From NCBI GenBank assembly GCA_963806855.1, contig CAWDYW010000001.1, positions 736,001 through 800,000 of the forward strand: 64,000 nt of DNA. The letters run 5' to 3'. How positions within the stretch are numbered: the stretch's first letter is position 1; each line of letters opens with the position of its first letter. A model generated the notes under the pieces. It saw only the letters and a program-made list of their open reading frames with translations. It was not told the DNA's origin and did not search any database. A program made the position numbers and the translations under genes. Source of the stretch: an uncultured Verrucomicrobiae bacterium (GTDB lineage Bacteria; Chlamydiota; Chlamydiia; Chlamydiales; Rhabdochlamydiaceae). Of the stretch, positions 30,395 to 40,294 are shown in pieces.

Positions 30395-32023
30395 ATGTCT
30401 AGTGTAAATCTTCCTATTTATTATCATCGTGAATATTCAAACGATATTAAAATTGAAGAAAACGATTATTTTAATGGAATTAAGCGAATTGCTCTCGTTG
30501 CATTACCGTTCCTAAGTCTTTACAAGCCTTTTAGTTTTTCCCTCTCGCTTGTTTTGGGGGGATTGCGCTCAGTCACCACCTTTGCCCAAAGTCTCCAGAG
30601 CCCCGAGCTAGGCACTTTTTTGCAAACAAGCATCGCCCTGATCGCTTTGGGAGGCACACTCTTCGCCCATCCGCTCGGGATGCTCGTCACCACAGTCCAC
30701 GACTGCGCTCTAGACTGCTTCCAGATGATGCAGTGCCTGTATCTGGGAGAATTGTGGAGTGCTTTGACAAAGTATACATTTCTCATGAACAATGGGCTCT
30801 ATCTGGCCCTCCTTTTGCATGGAGGGGTGCAGCTTAGCGTAGCATCTCTGGCGGTCCAAGTGCTAATCGGCCTCTCTTCGTCGCTCTACGAGTACAGGAG
30901 GGGAAATGTCCTCGAGGCAGGCGGCCATTTCTTGATGGGTCTGATCCGAGGCAAGCAGCTATGGGGCCAAGTACAACTGAATGGAAATATGATGCACACA
31001 ATCGCCTACTATCTGCAAAAACCGCTGCAAGTGAGCTCTGAGCATCTTCTGCGGGCAGTCATGACGCCTAGTGAAGGCCTGGAAAAGGCAAATCGGGTCG
31101 CCACCGCCTGCTTGACCGCTCTCTTTGCACCTGTCACCGTTTCACTCTATGCTCTTGGCGAGGGCTTCCATGCCTGCGGCAATGCGGTCAGCGGCACTCC
31201 CTACACCTATTGGAGAGGCAGTGGCCTTGAGAAACTCGATGACCAAAATCTCAAATGCATGACCCTAAATGCCTGCATGTTTTGGGGTGGGCTCCCGATT
31301 CCCTTTGGCGGACTCAGGCCAGCAGGGGAGCGGATCGACGCTCTGGCGAGTCTTATTGAGCAAGAGAATCCCGACATCCTCTTTCTTCAGGAGGCCTCCT
31401 TCCCAGTCTCCTCTGAACTCTTCGACAAACTCAAAGACCAATATGCCCACTGCTTTACCCGAATCGGCCCAAATCTGATGAGAATGGAGAGCGGGCTGAC
31501 AGTCTTCTCCAAAGTGCCCCTCACCAATCCACAATTTCTTCCCTTTCCAGATCAAAATGGGATCCTGCGAGGAGCCTTTTTCATCGACACCCCATCCTAC
31601 ACCTTTGTCAATACCCATTTAGAAGCAGGCGATGCTGCTGATGAGCGGAAGAAACAGTTTGATCTCATCACTCAGAGGATCGATGAACTCAATCGGGAGA
31701 AAAATCGGAATACCTTCATTTTAGGCGATCTCAATATCGACCGGATTCATGCGGAAGAGGAATATTGCAAGACGATCGGAGATAGGGTCTATGATCCCCG
31801 CCGCGATTCTGTAGAAGAATCCCAAACAGATGCCCTGCTCTATCACAGGAGAGGCAAAGAGGTTTCCTCACATACATTTGCCATGGTCGATTACGCCCTC
31901 TTGCGTGGAGACCCTAACGCAGTTGACCTAGAAACACGCCTCATCGATACCTACTGCATCGAGAGGCCCAATGAGGCCCTTTCCGATCACAAAGGTTTAA
32001 TATTGGAGATTAATAAAAAATGA
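30395..32023 (+). CDS. Membrane-anchored endonuclease/exonuclease/phosphatase (sphingomyelinase-like) protein
   Basis: Hydrophobic N-terminal half; EEP motifs 'TLN', 'LQE', 'SGLTVFSK', 'NTHL', 'GDLN', 'DY' and 'SDH'; start at 30347, 30380 or 30395. Confidence 0.85.
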   Translation: MSSVNLPIYYHREYSNDIKIEENDYFNGIKRIALVALPFLSLYKPFSFSLSLVLGGLRSVTTFAQSLQSPELGTFLQTSIALIALGGTLFAHPLGMLVTTVHDCALDCFQMMQCLYLGELWSALTKYTFLMNNGLYLALLLHGGVQLSVASLAVQVLIGLSSSLYEYRRGNVLEAGGHFLMGLIRGKQLWGQVQLNGNMMHTIAYYLQKPLQVSSEHLLRAVMTPSEGLEKANRVATACLTALFAPVTVSLYALGEGFHACGNAVSGTPYTYWRGSGLEKLDDQNLKCMTLNACMFWGGLPIPFGGLRPAGERIDALASLIEQENPDILFLQEASFPVSSELFDKLKDQYAHCFTRIGPNLMRMESGLTVFSKVPLTNPQFLPFPDQNGILRGAFFIDTPSYTFVNTHLEAGDAADERKKQFDLITQRIDELNREKNRNTFILGDLNIDRIHAEEEYCKTIGDRVYDPRRDSVEESQTDALLYHRRGKEVSSHTFAMVDYALLRGDPNAVDLETRLIDTYCIERPNEALSDHKGLILEINKK

Positions 32024-32682
32024 GAAAATTATTGTTGCTCATCTTACTACAAGTGTCGATCTTTGCGAATGAGTGCTACATCCAAGATGAAGCCAAACAT
32101 AAGCAGAATCAACAACTCCTTGAGAAGATCATCGATGAGGAGCTCGCAACTTCTAAGAAGCTCAGTGAGAGAATTAATCAAATCGGCACCCGCTTGCTCC
32201 AGAGCGGATTTCATGCCGATGCCTATGCCGTGCCCAAATTGGATCAACATTCAGTCGTCGCTTTTAATTGCTTTACCTTATGGGAAGGGAAAAGCCGTTC
32301 TATTCCTCTCACCTTTTTCGTCTATATTTGGCCCTCAGAAGAATATGCGCTAAAACACCTCCCCGCAGTTTACGCATCGAATATCCATAGCCACCCGATC
32401 CCTTGTGCCTTTACTGTTCTGCAAGGGGCCATCACTCAAAGCAATTATGAGCCGGTCGCCGCGCACTCAAAAGTCGTCCGATTGATCGATCAGCAAACAT
32501 TTGCAGTGGGGACAGGGGAGATCGACGATTCAGAGTCTCTCTTTATCCATCAATTGAGCAACCAGGGCGCCAAGACCTGCCTTACCCTCCATGCTTATGG
32601 GGAAGGGTCAGCGAAAAAAGTGATGGAGACCTTTCGAGAGACCGGCCCAGAGCACACTTATCACACCCCTATTGGTAAATAA
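32020..32682 (+). CDS. Cysteine dioxygenase-like cupin with signal peptide
   Basis: 'IW...SNIHSHP', 'IHQL' and 'TLHAY' metal/CDO motifs. Confidence 0.75.
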   Translation: MRKLLLLILLQVSIFANECYIQDEAKHKQNQQLLEKIIDEELATSKKLSERINQIGTRLLQSGFHADAYAVPKLDQHSVVAFNCFTLWEGKSRSIPLTFFVYIWPSEEYALKHLPAVYASNIHSHPIPCAFTVLQGAITQSNYEPVAAHSKVVRLIDQQTFAVGTGEIDDSESLFIHQLSNQGAKTCLTLHAYGEGSAKKVMETFRETGPEHTYHTPIGK

Positions 32683-32693
32683 AAATTTTAATA

Positions 32694-32722
32694 TTGACAT
32701 TAATATTTATAATTGATATACT
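32694..32722 (+). promoter_or_regulatory. Sigma70/66-like promoter
   Basis: TTGACA-17 nt-TATACT upstream of the ORF at 32754. Confidence 0.65.
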
Positions 32723-32753
32723 TTGAGTGTGTTAATAAACAAATGGAATAATA

Positions 32754-33542
32754 ATGTCAGTAATGCAAAATGTTCAACCAACAACTAGTTTATGGAATAC
32801 CTATCCAGCCACACTAATCAAACAAGTAGCGATTGGAGCAGCTGCTGGATGCATACACTTTTTTTCTGCGATCCATATTATTATTCCAACATGTGAGTCA
32901 AGCACAAGTGAATTGAGTCAATATATTTGCCTACGATCCGCAAAGTTTTTTGAAATTAAAAATTTAAAATTGTTTATAAATCCTATTTTCGATTTAAAAG
33001 ATTCGATTGCAAAGATTGTAAAACCTATTATTCCAGACGTTGTTAGACTCTATGCGGAAAATTGCGAATTACCAGATGATATATTAAGGCTTAATATTCC
33101 GTTCTCTAAATTAAACAATATAATAAATAAGCAAAACTCATTTAATATCGCATGTTGCAATCAATATAAGCAAAGTTCTAATTTGATTGCGAGTGCATTT
33201 GCAGAGGAGTTAATTTTCCGATTCGGCATTCAAAAAATAGCACTTCTATCTTTAGCCAAATTTCTTCCTGAAAGGATTGGAAAATTTCTTTCCCATCCGG
33301 TCTCTCGAATCATCATCGCATCATCAATTTTCGCATTTGCCCATAAAAATGATTTCCTATTACAACAATTTCTTGGCGGTTTGATTGACGGTTTCCTCTT
33401 TGAAAAATATGGGCTGTTGGCGTCAACAATTTCTCATGCCTCAAATAACCTTGCTGCAGCCTTGGGCAGAAGAAACGATTGCGAGTATGATATTAAAGAA
33501 TGGCATTCTCAAATAAAAAAGGACCTACTGGATCGGTGGTAA
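32754..33542 (+). CDS. CPBP (Abi/CAAX) family intramembrane metalloprotease
   Basis: 'EELIFR', 'FAFAH' and 'SHASNN'. Confidence 0.85.
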   Translation: MSVMQNVQPTTSLWNTYPATLIKQVAIGAAAGCIHFFSAIHIIIPTCESSTSELSQYICLRSAKFFEIKNLKLFINPIFDLKDSIAKIVKPIIPDVVRLYAENCELPDDILRLNIPFSKLNNIINKQNSFNIACCNQYKQSSNLIASAFAEELIFRFGIQKIALLSLAKFLPERIGKFLSHPVSRIIIASSIFAFAHKNDFLLQQFLGGLIDGFLFEKYGLLASTISHASNNLAAALGRRNDCEYDIKEWHSQIKKDLLDRW

Positions 33543-33547
33543 AGCAG

Positions 33548-33787
33548 CAGCAATGAAAAGCTCTAGCGTGTGAGTCTTATCCTCGACCGTCCCATTGGGG
33601 AGCAATGTCGGCCAGGAGATGTTAACCTCGACCCCTATCCTCTCAAATGGGGTGTCGAGCAAATGCCAGGGTTCAAGAGAGTTTTCTTCGACATGCGCCA
33701 TGTAACAGATGTGGGTCTTGCCCATCTCTTTGGCCATCTGGACTGCTTTCTGAAAGAGCTGATTGGCAACTGTCCTATTCTGCCGAT
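33548..33787 (-). pseudogene. Diverged duplicate of the 3' end of gene 35229..35852
   Basis: Colinear with 35237..35476 at a constant offset of 1689. Confidence 0.85.
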
Positions 33788-33921
33788 TCAGCGTCACCCT
33801 TCATCCATCAATTGAGCAACCAGGTCGCCAAGACCTGCCTTTCCCTCCATGCTTATGGTGAAGAGTCAGAGAAAAAAGTGATGGAAACTTTTCGAGCGAC
33901 TAGCCTAGAGAACACTTATCA
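33784..33921 (+). pseudogene. Diverged duplicate of the 3' end of the CDO-like gene
   Basis: Colinear with 32526..32663 at offset 1258; encodes 'FIHQLSNQVAKTCLSLHAYGE'. Confidence 0.85.
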
Positions 33922-33978
33922 ACAACATGGGACAAGTCGTTAGCCTTTGATTGTCAAATGGTTGCAGCTGACTATTGA

Positions 33979-34024
33979 TTTTACTCAACGCATTGAGTAA
34001 AATTACTCAATAGAGTGAGTAAAA
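33979..34024. promoter_or_regulatory. Tandem palindromic operator-like sites
   Basis: Two adjacent TTACTCA-N6-TGAGTAA dyads ending ~10 nt before the ATG at 34034. Confidence 0.6.
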
Positions 34025-34033
34025 TGGATTCTT

Positions 34034-35224
34034 ATGAAAACCCGCCCCATTTTTAAAGAGCTGATCAATCGACTTCAAGAGCCGCGAAAGTTCATTCAAG
34101 TCTTGCTCGGTCCACGCCAAGTTGGAAAGACAACTTTAGCCATCCAAGTTGCAGAAGAGATTGGAAAACCCAGTCATTATATTTCAGCAGACTTAGCTAC
34201 ACTTCAAGACCTAGCTTGGATTAAAGAGCAATGGGAAGTAGCAAGGCAAAAAGTCGATCCTCAAAAGGGAGCTCTTTTGATTATCGATGAGGTGCAAAAA
34301 ATTCCTCATTGGTCAGATCTCATTAAAGCGCTTTGGGATCAAGATACACGCGACAAAGTCAATCTCTCGGTGATGATTTTGGGGTCTTCTCCTTGGTTAA
34401 TGCAGAAGGGGATGTCCGAAAGTTTAGCTGGCCGTTTTGAAATGATCCCCATTACACATTGGTCCTATGCGGAAATGAAACAGTCCTTTGGATGGTCATT
34501 AGATGAATATATTTACTTCGGTGGTTATCCTGGTGCAGCGATTCTCGCAGATAAGGAAGATCCTTTGCGCTGGAAGAACTATATTAACGATTCGTTGATT
34601 GAAATGACTCTTTCGCGTGATATTTTGCTAATGACTCAAGTTAATAAACCCGTACTACTACGTCGGTTATTTCAGCTCGGCAGTCTTTATTCGGGACAAA
34701 TTCTCTCATTTTCCAAAATTCTTGGTGAATTACAAGATGCTGGGAATACCACTACCCTAGCACACTATCTTGACTTGCTTTCCGGCGCCAGCCTACTTAC
34801 AGGCCTTCAGAAATTTGCGCCGCAACCAGTTCGTCAAAAAGGTTCAAGTCCAAAATTTTGTGTTTTCAATACTGCTTTGATGGCGGCCCAATCGATGAAA
34901 TCTTTTATGCAGGCAAAAGCAGATCATGTATTTTGGGGACGGTTGGTTGAGTCAACTGTAGGTGCCTATTTATTAAATGCCGTTAGAGGGACTCATATTG
35001 AAATTTTTTACTGGCGTGAAAGGAATAAGGAGGTCGATTTTGTGCTGCGCTATGAAAATGAACTTATTGCCATTGAAGTAAAGAGTAACAATGATTCATT
35101 TAAAGATTCAGGAATTGATAGTTTTGTTGATCACTACAATCCGAAAAAAATTCTCCTGATCGGAAATTCTGGTATTCCCCTCGATCAGTTTTTAACAACC
35201 CCCATTATCAACTTATTTAAATAA
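34034..35224 (+). CDS. AAA+ ATP-binding protein (AAA_14 + DUF4143-like)
   Basis: 'GPRQVGKTT', 'IDEVQK', 'SESLAGR', 'GGYPG' and C-terminal 'EVDFV...IEVK'. Confidence 0.92.
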   Translation: MKTRPIFKELINRLQEPRKFIQVLLGPRQVGKTTLAIQVAEEIGKPSHYISADLATLQDLAWIKEQWEVARQKVDPQKGALLIIDEVQKIPHWSDLIKALWDQDTRDKVNLSVMILGSSPWLMQKGMSESLAGRFEMIPITHWSYAEMKQSFGWSLDEYIYFGGYPGAAILADKEDPLRWKNYINDSLIEMTLSRDILLMTQVNKPVLLRRLFQLGSLYSGQILSFSKILGELQDAGNTTTLAHYLDLLSGASLLTGLQKFAPQPVRQKGSSPKFCVFNTALMAAQSMKSFMQAKADHVFWGRLVESTVGAYLLNAVRGTHIEIFYWRERNKEVDFVLRYENELIAIEVKSNNDSFKDSGIDSFVDHYNPKKILLIGNSGIPLDQFLTTPIINLFK

Positions 35225-35228
35225 GAAA

Positions 35229-35852
35229 TCAGATTTCAGCAATGAAAAGCTCTAGCGTGTGAATCTTATCCTCGATCATCCCATTCGGGAGGAGTGTAGG
35301 CCAGGAGATGTTAACCTCGATTCCAATCTTCTCAAATGGGGCATCGAGTAAATACCAGGGTTCAAGAGTGTTTTGTTCGACATGCGCCATGTAACAGATG
35401 TGGGTCTTACCCATCTCTTTGGCCTTCTCGACCGCATGTGCAAAGAGCTGATTGGCAACCGCCCGATTCTGTCGATCGTCCATCAAAAAACAGCTGACGT
35501 AGAGAACTTTTCCAAGGTCGAATCCTTTCTGCTGAATTTGATCTAGCGCATCAACTGGAGCGTAGGTATTTGCTGCCAGCAGGGGAGAGTCGAGTGCATT
35601 TGCAGAGAGGTGGGCGATCTTTTTGCCATTTTGCTCAGCAATGAGGACAAATGCAGTGGGGTCTACCTCAAACATGGTGTTATAGTCGGTTTCCTCATCG
35701 TAGACGTAGAAATAGGGATATTCTCGGTAAGCGCGGATCGCCCAGTCGTCGAGCAGAGCGCGCACCTCTTTCACATTATCATTTTTGTAACATTCAATTG
35801 TGGTCATTTCGGCATTCCAACAGCTCAAGCATAATAATAGTTTAGCAAACAT
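35229..35852 (-). CDS. Hypothetical GNAT-like protein with signal peptide
   Basis: 207 aa; 'YREYPYFY' and 'QNRAVANQLF...AKEMG'. Confidence 0.6.
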   Translation of the reverse strand: MFAKLLLCLSCWNAEMTTIECYKNDNVKEVRALLDDWAIRAYREYPYFYVYDEETDYNTMFEVDPTAFVLIAEQNGKKIAHLSANALDSPLLAANTYAPVDALDQIQQKGFDLGKVLYVSCFLMDDRQNRAVANQLFAHAVEKAKEMGKTHICYMAHVEQNTLEPWYLLDAPFEKIGIEVNISWPTLLPNGMIEDKIHTLELFIAEI

Positions 35853-35937
35853 GTACTCCAGTATATTGAAGTGGGACCTTTTTGTTCCAAAAAAATCCTT
35901 TCAAACTTATGCTAAAATAATATAGCAAGGAGCCAGA

Positions 35938-36780
35938 ATGCCATTTATTACTGTCGGGAAAGAGAATAAACATGAGATCCAACTTTATTACAAAGATTGG
36001 GGGACGGGGCAACCGATTGTCTTTAGTCATGGATGGCCCTTGGATGCAGATGCTTGGGAAGACCAGATGCTCTTTTTGGCTTCAAAGGGGTTTCGGTGCA
36101 TTGCGCATGACCGGCGTGGACATGGGAAGTCGAGTCAGACGTGGGATGGAAATGAGATGGATACCTATGCCGATGACCTTGCCAAATTGGTCGAAGCACT
36201 CAACTTAAAAGAGGCGATCCACGTTGGCCACTCTACGGGAGGTGGCGAGGTGGTTCGTTATTTGAGTCGCCATGGAGAAAAACGGGTCGCCAAAGCGGTA
36301 TTGATTGGCGCCGTTCCTCCTTTGATGCTGCAAACTAAAGCCTATCCCAAAGGGCTGAAAATCGAGGTGTTTGACCAAATACGGGCCAATGTTCTGGCCG
36401 ATCGATCGCAATTTTTTAAAGATCTCAGCGGTCCTTTCTATGGAGCGAACCGAGCGGGTGCGAAGGTTTCGCAAGGGTTGCGCGATTCCTTCTGGCTGCA
36501 GGGGATGCAAGCAGGATTTAAAGCGGTCTACGACTGTATCAAAGCCTTCTCAGAGACCGACTTTACAAAAGATCTGAAGAAAATTACCGTCCCCACTCTC
36601 ATTCTGCATGGGGATGATGACCAAATTGTGCCAATTGAAAACTCTGCTCTTCTATCGGCGAAGCTCCTCAAAAATGCCCAGCTAATAGTCTATAAGGGAG
36701 CGCCGCACGGGATGTGCTCGACCCTCAAAGATAAAGTGAATCAGGATCTTTTAGCATTTATCCAGGGGAAGAGAAAGTGA
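35938..36780 (+). CDS. cpo: Non-heme chloroperoxidase / alpha-beta hydrolase
   Basis: 'SHGWPL', 'HDRRGHG', 'GHSTGGGE', 'HGDDDQIVP' and 'PHG'. Confidence 0.92.
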   Translation: MPFITVGKENKHEIQLYYKDWGTGQPIVFSHGWPLDADAWEDQMLFLASKGFRCIAHDRRGHGKSSQTWDGNEMDTYADDLAKLVEALNLKEAIHVGHSTGGGEVVRYLSRHGEKRVAKAVLIGAVPPLMLQTKAYPKGLKIEVFDQIRANVLADRSQFFKDLSGPFYGANRAGAKVSQGLRDSFWLQGMQAGFKAVYDCIKAFSETDFTKDLKKITVPTLILHGDDDQIVPIENSALLSAKLLKNAQLIVYKGAPHGMCSTLKDKVNQDLLAFIQGKRK

Positions 36781-37508
36781 AAAAACTTGAAGGAAAAGTG
36801 GCCTTTGTGACCGGAGGAAGCCGGGGGATCGGAGCGGCAATTGTGCGCCATTTAGCAGGTGAAGGGGCTCGTGTTGCCTTTACCTATTCCAGTTCGAAAG
36901 AAAAGGCTGAAGAGGTGGTCAAGAAGGCAGGGGGGAAAGTGCTTGCCCTACACGCCGATAGCGCCAATCCAAGCGATATTGTGAAGGCGATCCAGCGAGT
37001 TGTCAAGGAGCTTGGCCCCATTGATATTCTGGTCAATAACGCTGGCATCGGTAAATGGAGTCCGATTGACACATTTACACTTGCCGATTTTGATGAAATG
37101 TTTGCAGTCAATGTCAGGGCAGTGTTTGTAGCGATCCAAGAGGCGGCCAGAGAGATGAAAAAAGGGGGGCGCATTATCAATATCGGTAGCAGCAATGCGG
37201 TGCGTGTCCCTACTCAAAATTCGGCTGTCTATAGTATGACAAAGTCTGCTCTCATTGGGTTGGTCAAAGGGCTGTCACATGATCTTGGTGAAAGGGAAAT
37301 CACAATCAATAATATTGATCCTGGCCCTATCGACACAGATATGAATCCCGCTACAGGCGAACATGCAGAGACAGTAAAAGCCTTTTTGGCCCTTCCTCGT
37401 TATGGGACAGTCGATGAAGTTGCCGGTCTCGTTGTCTACTTGGCCAGTCCAGAAGCTGGTTATATCACAGGGACAAACATTGCCATCGATGGTGGCTTTA
37501 CAGCTTAA
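36777..37508 (+). CDS. SDR family oxidoreductase
   Basis: [12 protein letters not shown] and YSMTK. Confidence 0.95.
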   Translation: MKKLEGKVAFVTGGSRGIGAAIVRHLAGEGARVAFTYSSSKEKAEEVVKKAGGKVLALHADSANPSDIVKAIQRVVKELGPIDILVNNAGIGKWSPIDTFTLADFDEMFAVNVRAVFVAIQEAAREMKKGGRIINIGSSNAVRVPTQNSAVYSMTKSALIGLVKGLSHDLGEREITINNIDPGPIDTDMNPATGEHAETVKAFLALPRYGTVDEVAGLVVYLASPEAGYITGTNIAIDGGFTA

Positions 37509-37557
37509 TGCTTTTTTCCTACACTCTTGCCCGCGAAAAAAATCAAAGGACCCTCCC

Positions 37558-38829
37558 ATGTCAAGAATTCAGCCAGATATCCGCCAACCTGCCATCACGC
37601 CTGACCTAAATGATGTGCAAAATCGCCTCAAAATCCACGTGCCCACAATCCTTACAAGAGATTTAGCTGCCGGGGTGGTCGCGGCTCTATTTGCAGGGGC
37701 AATGATCCGGCTAACTTCGGCTGATCGCTTCATCTATTCACTCCCTGCTGTCGCCTTAGCGAGCGTTCTAGGATGGAATCATTTTGAGACCAAGAGGGCA
37801 GAGACTGCGCTGATAAAGCGGGCGGCTCAATTGTTTGTTGCTCCAGGGCCTGTTCCTGAAGATGTTAAAGATTATATTGAGTTTCATCCTGGGGTTTGGG
37901 AGGAAGTTTCTAGATCAAAGGGGCAACCTGAGGTGGCGGCCAAATTAAAAGATTACTTCATTCAGGCTCTTAAAGAAAAGCGCTTGGACACAGCCGAATT
38001 TTTATTGGAAAAAAAATTTGTGAAATTCATAGATGTCATGGAGAACGATTTAAGGGGGCAAAGTAAAACAACAGTATCAAAATGGCTTTTTTCCTATCTC
38101 TCTTTAAAAGATTTTGACAACCATAAAAAAGGGGCGATGGTGCCCGAATTATGGAGAGTCATTTACGAGGAAAAAGAGAATGTAACGGATTCCCCGCTTT
38201 TTAAAGAATTGCTTGAGGAACTATTGACAATGGACTTAGCAAAGAGGCTCTCCATTATTCTTCAGCTCATAAAAAATGGACATACAATCATCCTAGAGAT
38301 CCTTCGAGATCGTGGCTTCCAATTCGAAGAGTTTTTTATTGCTAGCTGCCCCGAAAATGTAATTGAGCAAATAGATAAAAAGACGTTACTGGCACTCTCA
38401 AACTATCTAAAACCCGATCAGGCAATTGCATTTAAATTGTGGGGGAAGATTTGCAGTCTTAATTTCATTAATGAGGATCTTTACCAATTGTATTCTCAAT
38501 CGACCCCTGCCGACCGACCCGATCTTGTCGTGTGGGACCTCAATAAGGCCTTAGAGGGTGGATGTTCAAAAGTGATTGAATTTTTTCTGGAGAACAAAAA
38601 AATTAAAGTCACAGATCAAATGGCGCACTATTGGTGGGTGAATGTTAGACATCAAGAAATGATGTGGCTTCTAATAAGTTATCCGATCAACCCCAATGCG
38701 AAAAATGGCCAGGGGGAGACTCCTCTAATGACAATAAACAAAGGCGAGAGTCCATCTTATATGAGAACTCTTTCAAGGAAGGATCATCATGAATATCTCC
38801 AGAGCCAGGCAGCATTGCAGATAAAGTAG
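37558..38829 (+). CDS. Hypothetical protein with N-terminal TM hairpin and degenerate ankyrin-like repeats
   Basis: Bilobed hydrophobic segment and 'INPNAKNGQGETPL'; in-frame ATG at 37558. Confidence 0.7.
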   Translation: MSRIQPDIRQPAITPDLNDVQNRLKIHVPTILTRDLAAGVVAALFAGAMIRLTSADRFIYSLPAVALASVLGWNHFETKRAETALIKRAAQLFVAPGPVPEDVKDYIEFHPGVWEEVSRSKGQPEVAAKLKDYFIQALKEKRLDTAEFLLEKKFVKFIDVMENDLRGQSKTTVSKWLFSYLSLKDFDNHKKGAMVPELWRVIYEEKENVTDSPLFKELLEELLTMDLAKRLSIILQLIKNGHTIILEILRDRGFQFEEFFIASCPENVIEQIDKKTLLALSNYLKPDQAIAFKLWGKICSLNFINEDLYQLYSQSTPADRPDLVVWDLNKALEGGCSKVIEFFLENKKIKVTDQMAHYWWVNVRHQEMMWLLISYPINPNAKNGQGETPLMTINKGESPSYMRTLSRKDHHEYLQSQAALQIK

Positions 38830-38877
38830 GCCTATAGTAACATCATTTCCATCACCAGGGGTGCTAGTGAGAGTGAA

Positions 38878-39684
38878 ATGCAGATAGATCCACTAGGTGT
38901 CTGGGAAGATCTCCAGGCAATCAAAAATTCTTCTCCACTTGTCCACAATATCACCAACTATGTGGTGATGGAAAGTACTGCCAATGCCCTTTTGGCTATC
39001 GGCGCCTCTCCTGTCATGGCCCATGCGCTCGATGAGGTCGAGGAGATGGTCGGGATCGCAAATAGCCTTGTCATCAACATCGGCACGTTGAGCCCTATGT
39101 GGATCAAAGCTATGCTTCACGCCATCAAGGCAGCAAAAGAGAAGGGGATCCCCATTGTGCTCGATCCTGTTGGCGCAGGAGCTACGTCCTATCGCACAGA
39201 AACGTCTCATGCACTATTGAATCACCATGGTGTGTCGGTGATCCGCGGCAATGCATCCGAAATCTCCTCCCTCTGTGGCACTCATGGGGGAACAAAGGGG
39301 GTCGACAGCCTCCTATGCCCGGTAGATTGTGAGCCGCAGGCAAGAATATTGGCCGATAAAAGCGGGGCTGTGGTTTGGATGAGTGGCGCGACCGATGTCG
39401 TGACTGATGGCCACACGGTCATTTTCGTCGAAAACGGACATCCGCTGATGACTAGAGTCACCGGAATGGGGTGCGCAGCATCGGCGCTGACAGGGGCTTT
39501 TTTAGCGATAAATCCTGATACACTGCTCGGCACGGCTCATGCTGCCTTTGTCATGGGGATTGCGGGGGAAATTGCCGCTGAAAAGTGTCGAGGGCCAGGA
39601 TCGTTTAAAGTGGAATTTCTCGATGCTCTCTATTCTCTTTCTTTGAGCGCAATAGAGGAGCGAATCCGTGAAATGTCTCACTGA
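38878..39684 (+). CDS. thiM: Hydroxyethylthiazole kinase
   Basis: 'PLVHNITNYV', 'LDPVGAGA', 'IRGNASEI' and 'TGMGC'. Confidence 0.96.
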   Translation: MQIDPLGVWEDLQAIKNSSPLVHNITNYVVMESTANALLAIGASPVMAHALDEVEEMVGIANSLVINIGTLSPMWIKAMLHAIKAAKEKGIPIVLDPVGAGATSYRTETSHALLNHHGVSVIRGNASEISSLCGTHGGTKGVDSLLCPVDCEPQARILADKSGAVVWMSGATDVVTDGHTVIFVENGHPLMTRVTGMGCAASALTGAFLAINPDTLLGTAHAAFVMGIAGEIAAEKCRGPGSFKVEFLDALYSLSLSAIEERIREMSH

Positions 39685-40294
39685 CTTTTCCCTCTATTTA
39701 GTCACTCATCGGGCAGGATTGACGTTCGAAGAGTTCTTCAGTCGCGTTAGACAGGCGGTTGCGGGCGGTGTCAAAATCGTTCAACTGCGTGAAAAAGAGA
39801 GTTCGGCTCGCGAGATGATCTCAATCGGAACAGAGCTCCTTTCTATCTTAAGGCCTCTAGGGATTCCCCTGATCATCAATGACCGGGTGGATGTGGCCCA
39901 TGTTTTGGGGGCTGATGGGGTACACTTAGGACAGTCCGATCTCCGGGTATCAGAGGCAAGAGCCATTCTCGGCAAGGGGGCGATCATCGGCCTTTCGGTC
40001 GAAACCCTCGAGCAGGCCGCAGAGGCTGCAGAAGAAGAGGTCGATTACTTGGCTGCGAGTCCCGTTTTGCAAAATCGAACTAAAACCGACTGCGCGCCTC
40101 CCTGGGGACTCGATGGCTTGAAGCAGCTCTGCGCTGTTTCTCGACATCCAATCGTTGCGATCGGCGGCGTGAACGAAAAGACTGCCAAACAAATGGTCGA
40201 ATCTGGCGCCGCGGGACTCGCCGTGGTGTCAGCCATCTTCAATGCTCCCTGTCCCAAAACGGCAGCCCAAGGAATCCTGGGGAGTATAAAATGA
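39668..40294 (+). CDS. thiE: Thiamine-phosphate synthase
   Basis: 'VQLREK', 'INDRVD', 'GVHLGQSD' and 'AIGG'. Confidence 0.96.
   Translation: MKCLTDFSLYLVTHRAGLTFEEFFSRVRQAVAGGVKIVQLREKESSAREMISIGTELLSILRPLGIPLIINDRVDVAHVLGADGVHLGQSDLRVSEARAILGKGAIIGLSVETLEQAAEAAEEEVDYLAASPVLQNRTKTDCAPPWGLDGLKQLCAVSRHPIVAIGGVNEKTAKQMVESGAAGLAVVSAIFNAPCPKTAAQGILGSIK

Noticed and set aside
33525..33943. ORFs 33525..33797 and 33647..33943 as independent genes
   Set aside because: They are 5'-truncated duplicates of neighbouring genes without their own starts.
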